This document shows positions 18,424-28,191 of a stretch of DNA of 64,000 nucleotides, piece after piece. Under the pieces are notes generated by a model. It had not been told where the DNA came from. It ran no database searches and was given only the letters and a program-made list of their open reading frames with translations. The translations under genes and the position numbers were made by a program. Source of the DNA: Armatimonadota bacterium (GTDB lineage: Bacteria > Armatimonadota > UBA5829 > DSUL01); the NCBI GenBank assembly GCA_039811685.1, contig JBDHZC010000001.1, positions 864,001-928,000 of the forward strand. Reading direction: 5' to 3'. Within the stretch, counting starts at the first letter, position 1. The number at the start of each line of letters is the position of its first letter.

Positions 18424-19825
18424 CACGCTCGCCCGCCGCGACTCTGGCCAGCATCTTCTCTGTCACATTTCGCAGCCGTTCAGGAAGCTCGCTCAACTCT
18501 TTCTGAATAAGTTTCTCTCCCTGCGCTTTTGTCTCCTCATCTGCGTAGTCCAGGAGGTACTCTTTCAGACTGGCAAGCGCATTTGGCTGGCAGATGTCAT
18601 GGATTTTGCCACTCTTGGCAAGCTGCATGAAGCGGTCTCCGGTGCGCCCGGACCGGTAGCAGGCAGTGCAGAAGCTGGGGATATAGTCCCCTCTGACAAA
18701 AGTGTGCACCATCTCCCTAAGCGGGCGCTGATCCTGCAGCGAAAACTGCGCAAGAAGGTCCTCACGCGTCAGCTTCCCGGAGTCTGTGTAGCCACCAGGA
18801 GTTACCCGGCTGCCGGCAGAGGTCTGGGAGATACCGAGCGCAAAGAGCTGGTCTCGCAGCTCAGGAGACTCTCTGGTGCTGAGGATCATCCCTGTATAGG
18901 GCACTGCGACACGAAGCAGTGCCACGATTTTGCGAAAATCTTCATCGCTGACCATCCAGGGCGAATGATCTGACAAGGGCGCTCCCTCAGCGGGTTCCAG
19001 ACGTGGGACGCTGATGGTGTGAGGGCCGACATCAAACTTCGTCTCCAGATAGCGCGCGTGCCCCAGAAGGCCGACAACATCGAAGTGCCAGTCGTACAGC
19101 CCAAACAGTACACCCGTGCCAATGTCATCAATGTCAGCTTCCATCGCCCGATCCGGCGCCGTGATGCGCCAGTCATAATGAGACTTGGGGCCGCTTGGAT
19201 GCACCTCCTTGTAGGTCGGACGGTGGTAAGTCTCCTGAAAACACTGATACGTGCCGATGCCCGTTGCCTTCAGGCGGCGGAAATGGTCCACGGACAGGGG
19301 GGCGCAGTTGACATTGGCACGCCGGATAGTAGCCCCATCAGGAGCGGTAACGGAATAGACAGCGGCGACAGACTGCTCCAGATAGTCAATTCCTGTCGTG
19401 CGTGGGTCTTCTCCGGCTACCAGAAGCAGACGCTTGTGCCCCTGCTCCAGCAGCGCCATAACCTCCTGGTGAATCTCTTCCGGGGACAAAGACCGCCGCG
19501 TCATGGTCTCATTTGCATGACGGAAACCGCAGTACGTGCAGTTGTTGCTGCAAAAGCTGGAGATATAGAGTGGCGCGAAGAAAACCATCCTCTCGCCGTA
19601 GATGCGTTTCTTCAGCTCGTGCGCGGTATCCAGCAGACCAGTGACAATTTCCGGGGACTCACAGTACGCAAGCGCAGCCAACTCGACCAGAGTAAGCCCC
19701 TTGCCCAGGCGCCCATTCTCGAGAGCCGCCTCGCAGAACTCAACAGATTTGCTGCGCCCTTCTTCGAGGATATTCTCAATCTCGGTGTCGCTGAGCAAAC
19801 CGTACACCTTTTCTTTGATTTCCAT
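18410..19825 (-). CDS. hydG: [FeFe]-hydrogenase radical SAM maturase HydG
   Basis: CSNNCTYC plus auxiliary CTAC-x22-C cluster motif; GPHTISVPR. Confidence 0.96.
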   Translation of the reverse strand: MEIKEKVYGLLSDTEIENILEEGRSKSVEFCEAALENGRLGKGLTLVELAALAYCESPEIVTGLLDTAHELKKRIYGERMVFFAPLYISSFCSNNCTYCGFRHANETMTRRSLSPEEIHQEVMALLEQGHKRLLLVAGEDPRTTGIDYLEQSVAAVYSVTAPDGATIRRANVNCAPLSVDHFRRLKATGIGTYQCFQETYHRPTYKEVHPSGPKSHYDWRITAPDRAMEADIDDIGTGVLFGLYDWHFDVVGLLGHARYLETKFDVGPHTISVPRLEPAEGAPLSDHSPWMVSDEDFRKIVALLRVAVPYTGMILSTRESPELRDQLFALGISQTSAGSRVTPGGYTDSGKLTREDLLAQFSLQDQRPLREMVHTFVRGDYIPSFCTACYRSGRTGDRFMQLAKSGKIHDICQPNALASLKEYLLDYADEETKAQGEKLIQKELSELPERLRNVTEKMLARVAAGERDVYL

Positions 19826-19983
19826 CGTGATCTCCGCGTGTTCAGTTGTGCAACACGGCACAGCGCAAGCACTGTCTGTGAGGGTATCCCACAGTGATAA
19901 TCCTCACACATTGACGCCTGCGCTGTGAAATCCGTCGAATAGTCAGCGGAGCATCGCTGCTTCGCACTCAGAGTCGTCGCCCG

Positions 19984-21741
19984 CTAGACACTGGCAGGCT
20001 CCAGATCTTCATCCTGCTCGTAAGCGTCTTTGGGCGTGTAGTGCGTGTGCAAAAGCTCATGGGACTTGTGACCAAGCGGCTCACCCAGGAACTCAGCATA
20101 CAACTCTTGAATGGCTGGATTCTCGTGGGATTTGCGCAGAACCATGTCGCGATCTATGGCGTAAATAGCTTCCGCGCGCTTCTTGCGGATCTCAGGCGTC
20201 GTCGGGTACGGCTGTCCACCGCCACCCAGACATCCGCCGGGACAGGCCATGACTTCGATGAACGTGTAGTCAGCTTCGCCGCTGCGCACCCGATCCATGA
20301 TCTCTCTGGCGTTGGCCAACCCGTGCGCGACGGCGGCTTTGACCGGCAGCCCATTGATGTCGATTGTCGCCTCTTTCACTCCGTCCATCCCGCGAACTGC
20401 GGTGATGTCAAGAGAGGGGACTTCCTTGCCGGTGATAACTTCATAGGCCGTCCTCAGAGCAGCCTCCATAACCCCACCGGTAGCCCCGAAGATAACGCCC
20501 GCGCCTGTGGTAATACCAAGCGGTTGATCGAATTCCGCGTCCGGCAACTCCGCAAGGTTGATGCCGGCTTCGTGCATCATCCCGGCAGCTTCGCGCGTGG
20601 TCAGCACATAGTCCACATCTTTGTAACCGCTGGAGCGCATCTCCGGCCGCTCACATTCGAACTTCTTTGCGACGCACGGCATAACGGAGACTACGACCAT
20701 CCGGGCCGGATCGATGCCGAGCTTCTGCGCATAGTACGTCTTTGCAACCGCGCCAAACATCTGCTGTGGGCTCTTGCACGAGGACAGGTGTCCAAGCAGA
20801 TCCGGGTAGAAGGTCTCGATGAAGTTCACCCAGCCTGGAGAGCACGATGTAATCATGGGTAGCTTGCCACCCTCAGATACGCGCTTCACCAGCTCATGCG
20901 CCTCTTCGACAATGGTCAGATCCGCGGAGAAATCCGTGTCAAACACCTTGTCAAAACCCATCCGCCTGAGAGCAGCCACCATCTTGCCCGTGACGCGCGT
21001 ACCCGGCGGCAGACCAAACTCTTCACCAATGGCAGCGCGCACGGCAGGAGCCGTCTGCACAATTACGTACTTATCTGGATTGCGCAGATCGTCCCAGACC
21101 GCGCTTGACGGGTTGACGGTTTCAAGCGCGCCGGTCGGGCAGTGGGCCACGCACTGACCGCAATATACGCACGCTGTGTTGGCCAGATCCTGTCCAAAAG
21201 CCGGACCAATCTCCGTATCCCACCCTCTGTTGGACGTAAAGATGCATCCAACGCTCTGAATCTGGTGGCACACTCTCACACAACGCTGGCACAGAACGCA
21301 TTTTTCAGGGTTGCGAATAATGCTGGGAGAAGAGACGTCGCTTTCGTGACGCCGTCTGGCTCCTTCGAAGGGCAACTGCCGAATCCCGACTTCCTGTGAC
21401 AACTTCTGCAACTCGCATGTCTGGTTGCGGGAACAGGTCAGGCAGTCAGACGGATGGTTGGCCAGAAGCAGCTCGACGACGATTTTTCGCGCGTCGCGGA
21501 CATTCGGGGTGTTGGTGTCAACAATCATTCCCTCCGCAACAGGCAGAGTGCACGACGTCGGAAGCACACGCTGACCCTTGACCTCAACGACGCAGATGCG
21601 ACACACGCCTTCCGGCTTCAAGTCCGGATGGGCGCACAGGGTGGGAATGTAGATGCCGGCTGCGGTAGCGGCCTCAAGGACTGTCTGCCCCTGCTCCGCC
21701 TGTACCGGACGGCCGTTAATTGTCAGTGTTACCTTAGCCAA
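19984..21741 (-). CDS. hydA: [FeFe]-hydrogenase catalytic subunit, group A (multimeric, NAD-linked type)
   Basis: N-terminal 2Fe-2S, His-ligated 4Fe-4S and 2x4Fe-4S domains; H-cluster motifs TSCSPGW, MPCVAKKFE, MACPGGCLGGGGQP. Confidence 0.97.
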   Translation of the reverse strand: MAKVTLTINGRPVQAEQGQTVLEAATAAGIYIPTLCAHPDLKPEGVCRICVVEVKGQRVLPTSCTLPVAEGMIVDTNTPNVRDARKIVVELLLANHPSDCLTCSRNQTCELQKLSQEVGIRQLPFEGARRRHESDVSSPSIIRNPEKCVLCQRCVRVCHQIQSVGCIFTSNRGWDTEIGPAFGQDLANTACVYCGQCVAHCPTGALETVNPSSAVWDDLRNPDKYVIVQTAPAVRAAIGEEFGLPPGTRVTGKMVAALRRMGFDKVFDTDFSADLTIVEEAHELVKRVSEGGKLPMITSCSPGWVNFIETFYPDLLGHLSSCKSPQQMFGAVAKTYYAQKLGIDPARMVVVSVMPCVAKKFECERPEMRSSGYKDVDYVLTTREAAGMMHEAGINLAELPDAEFDQPLGITTGAGVIFGATGGVMEAALRTAYEVITGKEVPSLDITAVRGMDGVKEATIDINGLPVKAAVAHGLANAREIMDRVRSGEADYTFIEVMACPGGCLGGGGQPYPTTPEIRKKRAEAIYAIDRDMVLRKSHENPAIQELYAEFLGEPLGHKSHELLHTHYTPKDAYEQDEDLEPASV

Positions 21742-23372
21742 CTCAGTTGCTCCTGTTCATCAGTGACGGCACTTGTCATGTCACAGACACCCGTGGGACA
21801 GTGCCTGTCCAGCACGTGCGACTGGAACTCCTCCCGGAAGAGCTCCATACTTGAAAGCAAAGCGACCGGGGCAAACTGCCCCAGTCCACAGCGGGACGCC
21901 ATCCGCAGTCCCACTCCCAGACTGTCGACAAGATCCAGTTCAGAGGCCACGCCGACGCCCTTGGTCCATCCGTTCAGAATGTCCAGGAGCCGACGACCTC
22001 CTTCCCGGCACGGGACACACTGCCCGCATGACTCGTGCGCGAAGAATTGCGCGACATTAGCCACAATGTCAACAATGCAGCGTGTCTCGTCAAAAACTAT
22101 CAGCGCGCCCGCGCCAGGAGAAAGGTCTTCGAAGGCAAAAGCTCTGTCGAAGCTCTCCTGCCCAATCACAATGCCACTCGGACCGCCGACCATCACACCC
22201 TTAATATCCGCTGCGCCTCTCGGCCCTCCGGCAATGTCGTAGAGAACCTCGCGCACAGTGATGCCGTAGGGAACTTCAATGACGCCGGGAGTTAGCACAT
22301 CTCCACAAGGGGAGAAAATCTTGGTGCCCTTGCTCTGCTCAGTCCCAATGCTGCGATACCAGTCCGCGCCTTCCTGGATGATCGAGGGCACATTTGCGAG
22401 GGTTTCCACGTTGTTCACCAGGGTAGGCATACCCCACAGACCGTGAGTGACGGGAAACGGAGGCTTCAAACGCGGCTCACCCCGGTGCCCTTCGAGGGAC
22501 TCGATAAGAGCCGTCTCTTCCCCGCAGACGTACGCGCCAGCGCCCTTGTAAACGAATATGTCAAAGGCGAAGCCCGAGTCGAAGATGTTTTCTCCGAGCA
22601 GGCCCATCTGCCTGGCCTCGGCGATGGCGTTCTCAAAATTGTCCACGGACTGCCTGTACTCGCCGCGAATGTACACGTAGCCCCGGCGCGCGCCTACCGC
22701 ATAGCCGGAGATAACCATCGCCTCCAGCACTTTATGCGGGTCGCCTTCGAGAATCAGGCGGTCTTTGAAGTTGCCGGGCTCACCTTCATCCGCATTGCAC
22801 ACGACCACCCGCTCAGTTCCTGGAGCGTCTGCGACAAACTCCCATTTCAGGCCGGTGGGAAACGCCGCCCCGCCTCTGCCTCGCAGACCGGAGTCCTTGA
22901 TCTCCTCAACAGTCTGCATTGGCGTCATTTGCGTCAGAGCTTTGCCGAGCGCTTCATAACCGCCAACGGCGATGTACTCCTGAATGGAGCGGGGGTTGAT
23001 GACTCCGCAGTTTTTCAGCACGATCTTACGCTGCTTGCCAAAGTAGCTGACCCGCGCTTCGGGCTCAACTGGAGGCGCCTGCGGCCCCGTATAAACCAGA
23101 CGCTGAACAACACGCCCTTTGAGCAGGTGCTCTGAGACTATCTCGGCGATGTCGGAGCGCTGGACGCCCGCATAAATGATTCCTTCCGGATAGACCACCA
23201 TGGCCGGCCCATGATCGGAGACACCGAGACAACCTGTTTCAACGACTCGAATCTCATCTGCCAGACCACTCTGTTGCACCTGCTCGGTCAACAACTGCAG
23301 AAGCGCTCGCCCTCCGCGCATCTCGCATGTGTTTCCGCAACAGACTAAAACGTGTGCTCTATAAAATGGCAT
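21729..23372 (-). CDS. Second NuoF/HydB-like FMN/NAD(P)H-binding subunit, lacking the C-terminal 2x[4Fe-4S] domain
   Basis: GRGGAAFPTG, NADEGEPGNFKDR, GAYVCGEE, CGQCVPCREG; ends at HCPTGVC plus a short tail. Confidence 0.93.
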   Translation of the reverse strand: MPFYRAHVLVCCGNTCEMRGGRALLQLLTEQVQQSGLADEIRVVETGCLGVSDHGPAMVVYPEGIIYAGVQRSDIAEIVSEHLLKGRVVQRLVYTGPQAPPVEPEARVSYFGKQRKIVLKNCGVINPRSIQEYIAVGGYEALGKALTQMTPMQTVEEIKDSGLRGRGGAAFPTGLKWEFVADAPGTERVVVCNADEGEPGNFKDRLILEGDPHKVLEAMVISGYAVGARRGYVYIRGEYRQSVDNFENAIAEARQMGLLGENIFDSGFAFDIFVYKGAGAYVCGEETALIESLEGHRGEPRLKPPFPVTHGLWGMPTLVNNVETLANVPSIIQEGADWYRSIGTEQSKGTKIFSPCGDVLTPGVIEVPYGITVREVLYDIAGGPRGAADIKGVMVGGPSGIVIGQESFDRAFAFEDLSPGAGALIVFDETRCIVDIVANVAQFFAHESCGQCVPCREGGRRLLDILNGWTKGVGVASELDLVDSLGVGLRMASRCGLGQFAPVALLSSMELFREEFQSHVLDRHCPTGVCDMTSAVTDEQEQLSWLR

Positions 23373-23414
23373 CTTCAATGACCCCCTGTCGCTCTGACAT
23401 CGCTCCCGCCAGGC

Positions 23415-23906
23415 TCACTGCTCCCTGTACTTCTGCAGCAACTGTGGCACCATCTCCGGCCGGAGATTGCCGTGGACCTCGTGGTCAACAATCATGGCTG
23501 GCGCTACTCCGCAGACTCCGAAGCAGCTCACCAATTCCAGCCCGAACACTCCGTCGGGAGTTACCTCACCAGGCCCGATCCCCAGCTCTTCCTGGATAGC
23601 ATCCAGAATGCCGGCGGCGCCGGTAATGTGGCACGGCGGGCTTTCGCACAGCCGAATAATGTGTTTGGCCCGGCTTTGCAGATCGAACATCGTGTAGAAC
23701 GATGCCGTCCCCCACACCTCGGCCACCGGCACATTCAGGGTCTCGGCTACCTCTTCCATCGCCCATCCTGGAATCTGTCCCAGCGTTTCCTGAACTGCGT
23801 GCAACATAGGGATCAGATTCGTCCTTACAGGCTCAAAGGCTTCAAGAGCGGTCCGCACCGCTTTTTCTTCTTCCGCCGAAGCGCAACACGTTTTCTCTAC
23901 AGCCAT
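23415..23906 (-). CDS. Second NuoE/HydC-like [2Fe-2S] subunit
   Basis: CESPPC...CFGVC ligands; ASFYTMF motif. Confidence 0.92.
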   Translation of the reverse strand: MAVEKTCCASAEEEKAVRTALEAFEPVRTNLIPMLHAVQETLGQIPGWAMEEVAETLNVPVAEVWGTASFYTMFDLQSRAKHIIRLCESPPCHITGAAGILDAIQEELGIGPGEVTPDGVFGLELVSCFGVCGVAPAMIVDHEVHGNLRPEMVPQLLQKYREQ

Positions 23907-23999
23907 ACCGTGACTCCCAACCCACCGCGGACTCCCTCATCCGGGGTGACTCTTCAGGGCCAACAGAAACTCAGACAGACCCTCTGGCCGGCCCAGACA

Positions 24000-25823
24000 C
24001 TAGACTTTGATCACCGCATCGGTCCTGCAACGCGCCAGGCACTCTCCACACTTGATGCAGGCCTCCTGGTCAATGGTATGCACGCCCTTGAGCTCGCCAT
24101 GGATGGCGTTAGTCGGGCAATGCTTCGCACACAGCGTGCAGCCCGTGCAGTGCTCAGGCACGATGTCGTACTGGATAAGCGCCCGGCAGACTTTTGCGGG
24201 GCACTGTTTGTCAACCACGTGAGCGATGTACTCGTCACGGAAGTAGCGCAGAGTGCTCTGAACCGGATTTGGCGCCGTGATACCCAGTTGGCAAAGCGAC
24301 GTCTTGCTGATACCTCCGGCGAGCATCTCCAGCTTGCTGATGTCCGCAAGCTCACCTTTGCCCTCTGTGATGCGCGTGAGGATCTCGAGCATCCTCTTCA
24401 CACCCTCACGGCAAGGGGTACACTGGCCACAGGACTCATCCACTGTGAACTCGAGGAAGAACCTGGCGACGTCCACCATGCACGTGTCCTCGTCCATAAT
24501 GATCAGCCCGCCCGAGCCGACAATCGATCCGGCTTTCTGGAGCGATTCATAGTCCAGAGAGATGTCGAGCATGCTGGCGGGAATGCAGCCGCCGGAGGGG
24601 CCTCCGGTCTGAGCCGCCTTGAAGGCTTTTCCACGCGGGATGCCTCCGCCAATCTCAAAGACAACGTCTCTCAAGGTGGTGCCAAACGGGACTTCTATGA
24701 GGCCGGTGTTGTTGATGTTGCCAGCCAGGGCAAAAACTTTGGTACCCTTGCTCGTCTCTGTGCCAAAGGCAGAGTACCAGTCCGGGCCATGCTCGACGAT
24801 GACCGGCACAGACGCAAGAGTTTCGACATTGTTGATAATAGTCGGCTTGCCCCACAGGCCAGAGACGGCTGGAAAAGGAGGCTTCGGGCGGGGCTCACCA
24901 CGAAGCCCTTCGATTGAGTGCATGAGGGCAGTCTCTTCACCGCAGACAAAGGCCCCGGCGCCTTTGCGTATCTCGATGTCGAAGTCGAGCTTGTCAAAAA
25001 TACCTGCGCCAAGCAGCCCGAACTCGCGCGCCTGATCAATGGCAATTTGGAGGCGCTTGATCGCCAGCGGGTATTCTGCGCGAACATAAGCGTAGCCCTG
25101 TGTGGCTCCGATGCAGTAAGCCGCGATCGCGAGACCTTCGATGACGCTGTGGGGATCGCCTTCCAAAATGGAGCGATCCATAAAGGCACCCGGGTCTCCC
25201 TCATCGCCGTTGATGATCACGTATTTCTGATCAGCTTCAACCTCTTTGGCAAACGCCCACTTGCGGCCTGTGGGGAAACCAGCTCCACCGCGGCCTCTCA
25301 ACCCGGAGTCCAGGACCATCTGGATGACCTCGTCCTGTGTCATCGTCAGCGCCTTCGCCAGGGCGCTGTAGCCGCCCAGAGCAACGTACTCCTGGATGTC
25401 TTCCGGATTGATAACGCCCAGATTGCGAAGCGCTATACGCTGTTGCTTAGCGAAGAACGGATGCTCGGCAATGGTGGGAACAGTGTGCTCTTCAGGAGTG
25501 CGTGAAAGCAGTCTTTCGACAACTCGCCCCTTCAGCAGATGCTCGGTGACAATCTCTTCAGCGTCCTTTGGCTTGACCTTAACGTAGAAGGTTCCCTCCG
25601 GATATACGACCACGACCGGGCCGAGATCGCACGTACCCACACAACCGGTGTCAAACACGGAGACTTCGCAGGTCAGTCCCAGCTCGGAAATTTTGGCCTT
25701 CATCAAGGCTTCCATCTCCATCGCCCCTGAAGCGACGCACGCGGCGCCCGCGCATATAAGCACGTGAGACCTATCAACCGCTGTCAGTTTCGTCTGTTTT
25801 GCCTCTATGTCAGTCAACCCCAT
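24000..25823 (-). CDS. hydB: NADH-binding diaphorase subunit HydB (bifurcating type, with C-terminal 2x[4Fe-4S])
   Basis: GRGGAGFPTG, NGDEGDPGAFMDR, GAFVCGEE, GGPSGG; CTGCTLCAKHCP and CIKCGEC. Confidence 0.95.
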   Translation of the reverse strand: MGLTDIEAKQTKLTAVDRSHVLICAGAACVASGAMEMEALMKAKISELGLTCEVSVFDTGCVGTCDLGPVVVVYPEGTFYVKVKPKDAEEIVTEHLLKGRVVERLLSRTPEEHTVPTIAEHPFFAKQQRIALRNLGVINPEDIQEYVALGGYSALAKALTMTQDEVIQMVLDSGLRGRGGAGFPTGRKWAFAKEVEADQKYVIINGDEGDPGAFMDRSILEGDPHSVIEGLAIAAYCIGATQGYAYVRAEYPLAIKRLQIAIDQAREFGLLGAGIFDKLDFDIEIRKGAGAFVCGEETALMHSIEGLRGEPRPKPPFPAVSGLWGKPTIINNVETLASVPVIVEHGPDWYSAFGTETSKGTKVFALAGNINNTGLIEVPFGTTLRDVVFEIGGGIPRGKAFKAAQTGGPSGGCIPASMLDISLDYESLQKAGSIVGSGGLIIMDEDTCMVDVARFFLEFTVDESCGQCTPCREGVKRMLEILTRITEGKGELADISKLEMLAGGISKTSLCQLGITAPNPVQSTLRYFRDEYIAHVVDKQCPAKVCRALIQYDIVPEHCTGCTLCAKHCPTNAIHGELKGVHTIDQEACIKCGECLARCRTDAVIKV

Positions 25824-25953
25824 CTAAGTCCTAGCCTTATCCAATTCGCAGGGTCGTCTTTGACTTCCAACTACTGCCTTCACATCCCTAACACCAGCCG
25901 CTTCGCTGACTGCAGAAACGCGGCGTCAAGAACGCCAGCGCCCAACTTTACAC

Positions 25954-26313
25954 CTACTTGGTGACTACAAGGTCTCCCACCACTGTCCCGTTGACGATAT
26001 GCTCGGCGACAATGCGACGCGCCTTGTCCGCGCTCACATGCCCGTACGTTACAGGTTCCTGTCCTTTGCGCGTCACCTCGACCAGCGGCTCCTGCTCACA
26101 CAACCCCTTGCAGCCGGTCTGCGTGACAGTCACATCCGAAATTCCGCGCTTTCCGAGCTCATCCAGCAATGCGCTCATCGTCTCGCGTGCGCCAGCGGCG
26201 ATTCCACAGGTTCCCATCGCCACTGTGACCTTCGTGGCATGTCCACTCTCGCGGACACTCATAGCCTTGAGGGCCTCTTCGCGAACTCGTTTCAGATCAT
26301 CCAGCGTTTTCAT
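25954..26313 (-). CDS. hydD: Thioredoxin-like [2Fe-2S] ferredoxin subunit (HydD/HndB-like)
   Basis: MGTCGIAAGA...TGCKGLCEQEP. Confidence 0.9.
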   Translation of the reverse strand: MKTLDDLKRVREEALKAMSVRESGHATKVTVAMGTCGIAAGARETMSALLDELGKRGISDVTVTQTGCKGLCEQEPLVEVTRKGQEPVTYGHVSADKARRIVAEHIVNGTVVGDLVVTK

Positions 26314-26355
26314 TGTCTCTTTGGCCTCGATTTCGTAAGTGAGCCTGCTTGCGGC

Positions 26356-26907
26356 TCACTCCAAGCAGCAAACACTCCCGATGCCTTCGTCCAGGTAGCC
26401 CTGCATCCAGCGAACGACATCCGGATTTGACAAAGACATTCCTTCCAGCGCCTCTTTCATCTCGGACGAGTCGAAAGTGAAAGCGTGCCCGCCCGCCGCG
26501 GTCACTGTCAGAACAACACGCACATCGGGATTGGCCGCGGCCAGATTGGCGACCGTATCCCTGAGGGCGCCCATCGGAGCTCGGTCGATACTGCGCAACC
26601 CGAATGTCGCGCACACACGCGTGCCAGAATCCAGCGCGCTGTGAATTGTCAGGTCTCCTCCGGTTCTCTCGCACGCCGCCGCGAGCAGCGGCAGCCCAAG
26701 TCCCACCTTGCGCTCCGTGCGCGACGTCACGAAAGGGTCCTCAACACACTTCAGCAGCTCCGGGGCTATTCCACGTCCGTTGTCGCTCACCTCAACGGTC
26801 AGCCGGTCGGCGCTCTCGTCAAGAGCGACTACAATCTCTATCTCGGAGGCACCCGCCCGCAGAGCATTCTCGGCGATATCAAGAATGTGCAGTGAGATTT
26901 CTCGCAT
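26356..26907 (-). CDS. HATPase_c (GHKL) ATP-binding protein of hydrogenase operons
   Basis: HILDIAENA, DNGRG, GLGLPL boxes. Confidence 0.88.
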   Translation of the reverse strand: MREISLHILDIAENALRAGASEIEIVVALDESADRLTVEVSDNGRGIAPELLKCVEDPFVTSRTERKVGLGLPLLAAACERTGGDLTIHSALDSGTRVCATFGLRSIDRAPMGALRDTVANLAAANPDVRVVLTVTAAGGHAFTFDSSEMKEALEGMSLSNPDVVRWMQGYLDEGIGSVCCLE

Positions 26908-26910
26908 CTT

Positions 26911-27423
26911 TCAGCCCCGCTTTGCCGCCGCGGGCTCCTCCTGCATATAAGGCTTGAGCATTTTGTCGATCTTCGCGGAGGTCATTCCCGCGTGACAGTC
27001 TTCGCCAGTCACAATGACTGGAGCCAGGCTGCACGCTCCAACGCAGCGCACACTCTCCAGCGTAAACTGACGATCCGGCGTCGTCTCTCCTGCCTTGATC
27101 TTCAACTTGCGCTCCAGAGCGTCGAGAAGCTGCTGCGACCCGCGCACGTAACACGCCGTGCCCATGCACACCTGAATCTTTGTCTTGCCCGGAGGAACCA
27201 GACGGAAGAAACTGTAAAAACTGGCCACTCCATAGATGTCCGCCACCGGCACTCCCAACGAGCGCGCAATGGTGATGATCGCGGACTTTGGCAACCACCC
27301 CAGGCTGGCCTGGACCTCGTCCAGGATCGGGATCAGCGGTCCGGGACGGTTCTTGTGCGCCTCGACAATGTCAAGGATCTGCTGTTCGGCTGCTTCTTCA
27401 GTTGCGTGGCACTCACAAGCCAT
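26911..27423 (-). CDS. hydC: NuoE-like [2Fe-2S] subunit HydC
   Basis: CMGTAC...CVGAC ligands; VASFYSFF. Confidence 0.93.
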   Translation of the reverse strand: MACECHATEEAAEQQILDIVEAHKNRPGPLIPILDEVQASLGWLPKSAIITIARSLGVPVADIYGVASFYSFFRLVPPGKTKIQVCMGTACYVRGSQQLLDALERKLKIKAGETTPDRQFTLESVRCVGACSLAPVIVTGEDCHAGMTSAKIDKMLKPYMQEEPAAAKRG

Positions 27424-27425
27424 TT

Positions 27426-28190
27426 CTAACAAAGCTCCTCCAAGCTGCGGCCCAGACGGCCGTCAAATGCTAACTCCAGCTCCCCAACACTCCGGCTCTC
27501 AACCCAGACAAAACTGCGCGACTGCCCTATCTCCTCCAGCCTGTGAGCGTCTGAAGACCGTATGCACTTCAGAGTCTCAAGCTGAGAAAACGTTGTTCGC
27601 AGCTTTGCGAGCGTTTGCGCATCGCTTCCCGGCGGCAGGAAGACCTCAACGGCTGGCACATCCAGCCCCTCTGGCATCAACCCCAGGACACCCAGGAGTC
27701 CCGCATGCGTCTTGTTCACATGCGCTGGAAGCGGCAGACCATCCGCCTCGCGGATGCGTTGGACGAGTTCCTCAACGCTGGCGTCCGCGCTCGCGGCCAG
27801 CATCCGATCGTTGAATCTGATGAACTCACCAGACGCATCCACAACCATCTGCGCTCCAAAAAACTCCGGCCGATTCGGCTCTGCCGGCAACCTGCTCCAG
27901 ATGAAATCCTGAAGCTGCAGAGCGTTCTCGGCTCTGTCAAAAATCCCCAATACGTGCACACCCTCGCGGCTTTCGCACTCTATCCCGGCCAGCACTTTCA
28001 CTGTGCTACCGCAGGCGGCTGTTATACAAGCCCCGGCATTTTCGGCCGCGTTGTGATCGCAGACAGCGATCATGTCCAGGCCCGATCTCTGAGCCTGCAA
28101 GATGATCAACTCCGGGATCATCTCAACCTCAGCACACGGCGACAGCACGGTATGGATATGCAGATCCATACTGCAACGCCGCAGTGCCAT
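27426..28190 (-). CDS. PHP-domain phosphoesterase
   Basis: DLHIHTVLSPC, DHN, AH, SSDAH. Confidence 0.9.
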   Translation of the reverse strand: MALRRCSMDLHIHTVLSPCAEVEMIPELIILQAQRSGLDMIAVCDHNAAENAGACITAACGSTVKVLAGIECESREGVHVLGIFDRAENALQLQDFIWSRLPAEPNRPEFFGAQMVVDASGEFIRFNDRMLAASADASVEELVQRIREADGLPLPAHVNKTHAGLLGVLGLMPEGLDVPAVEVFLPPGSDAQTLAKLRTTFSQLETLKCIRSSDAHRLEEIGQSRSFVWVESRSVGELELAFDGRLGRSLEELC

Positions 28191-28191
28191 C

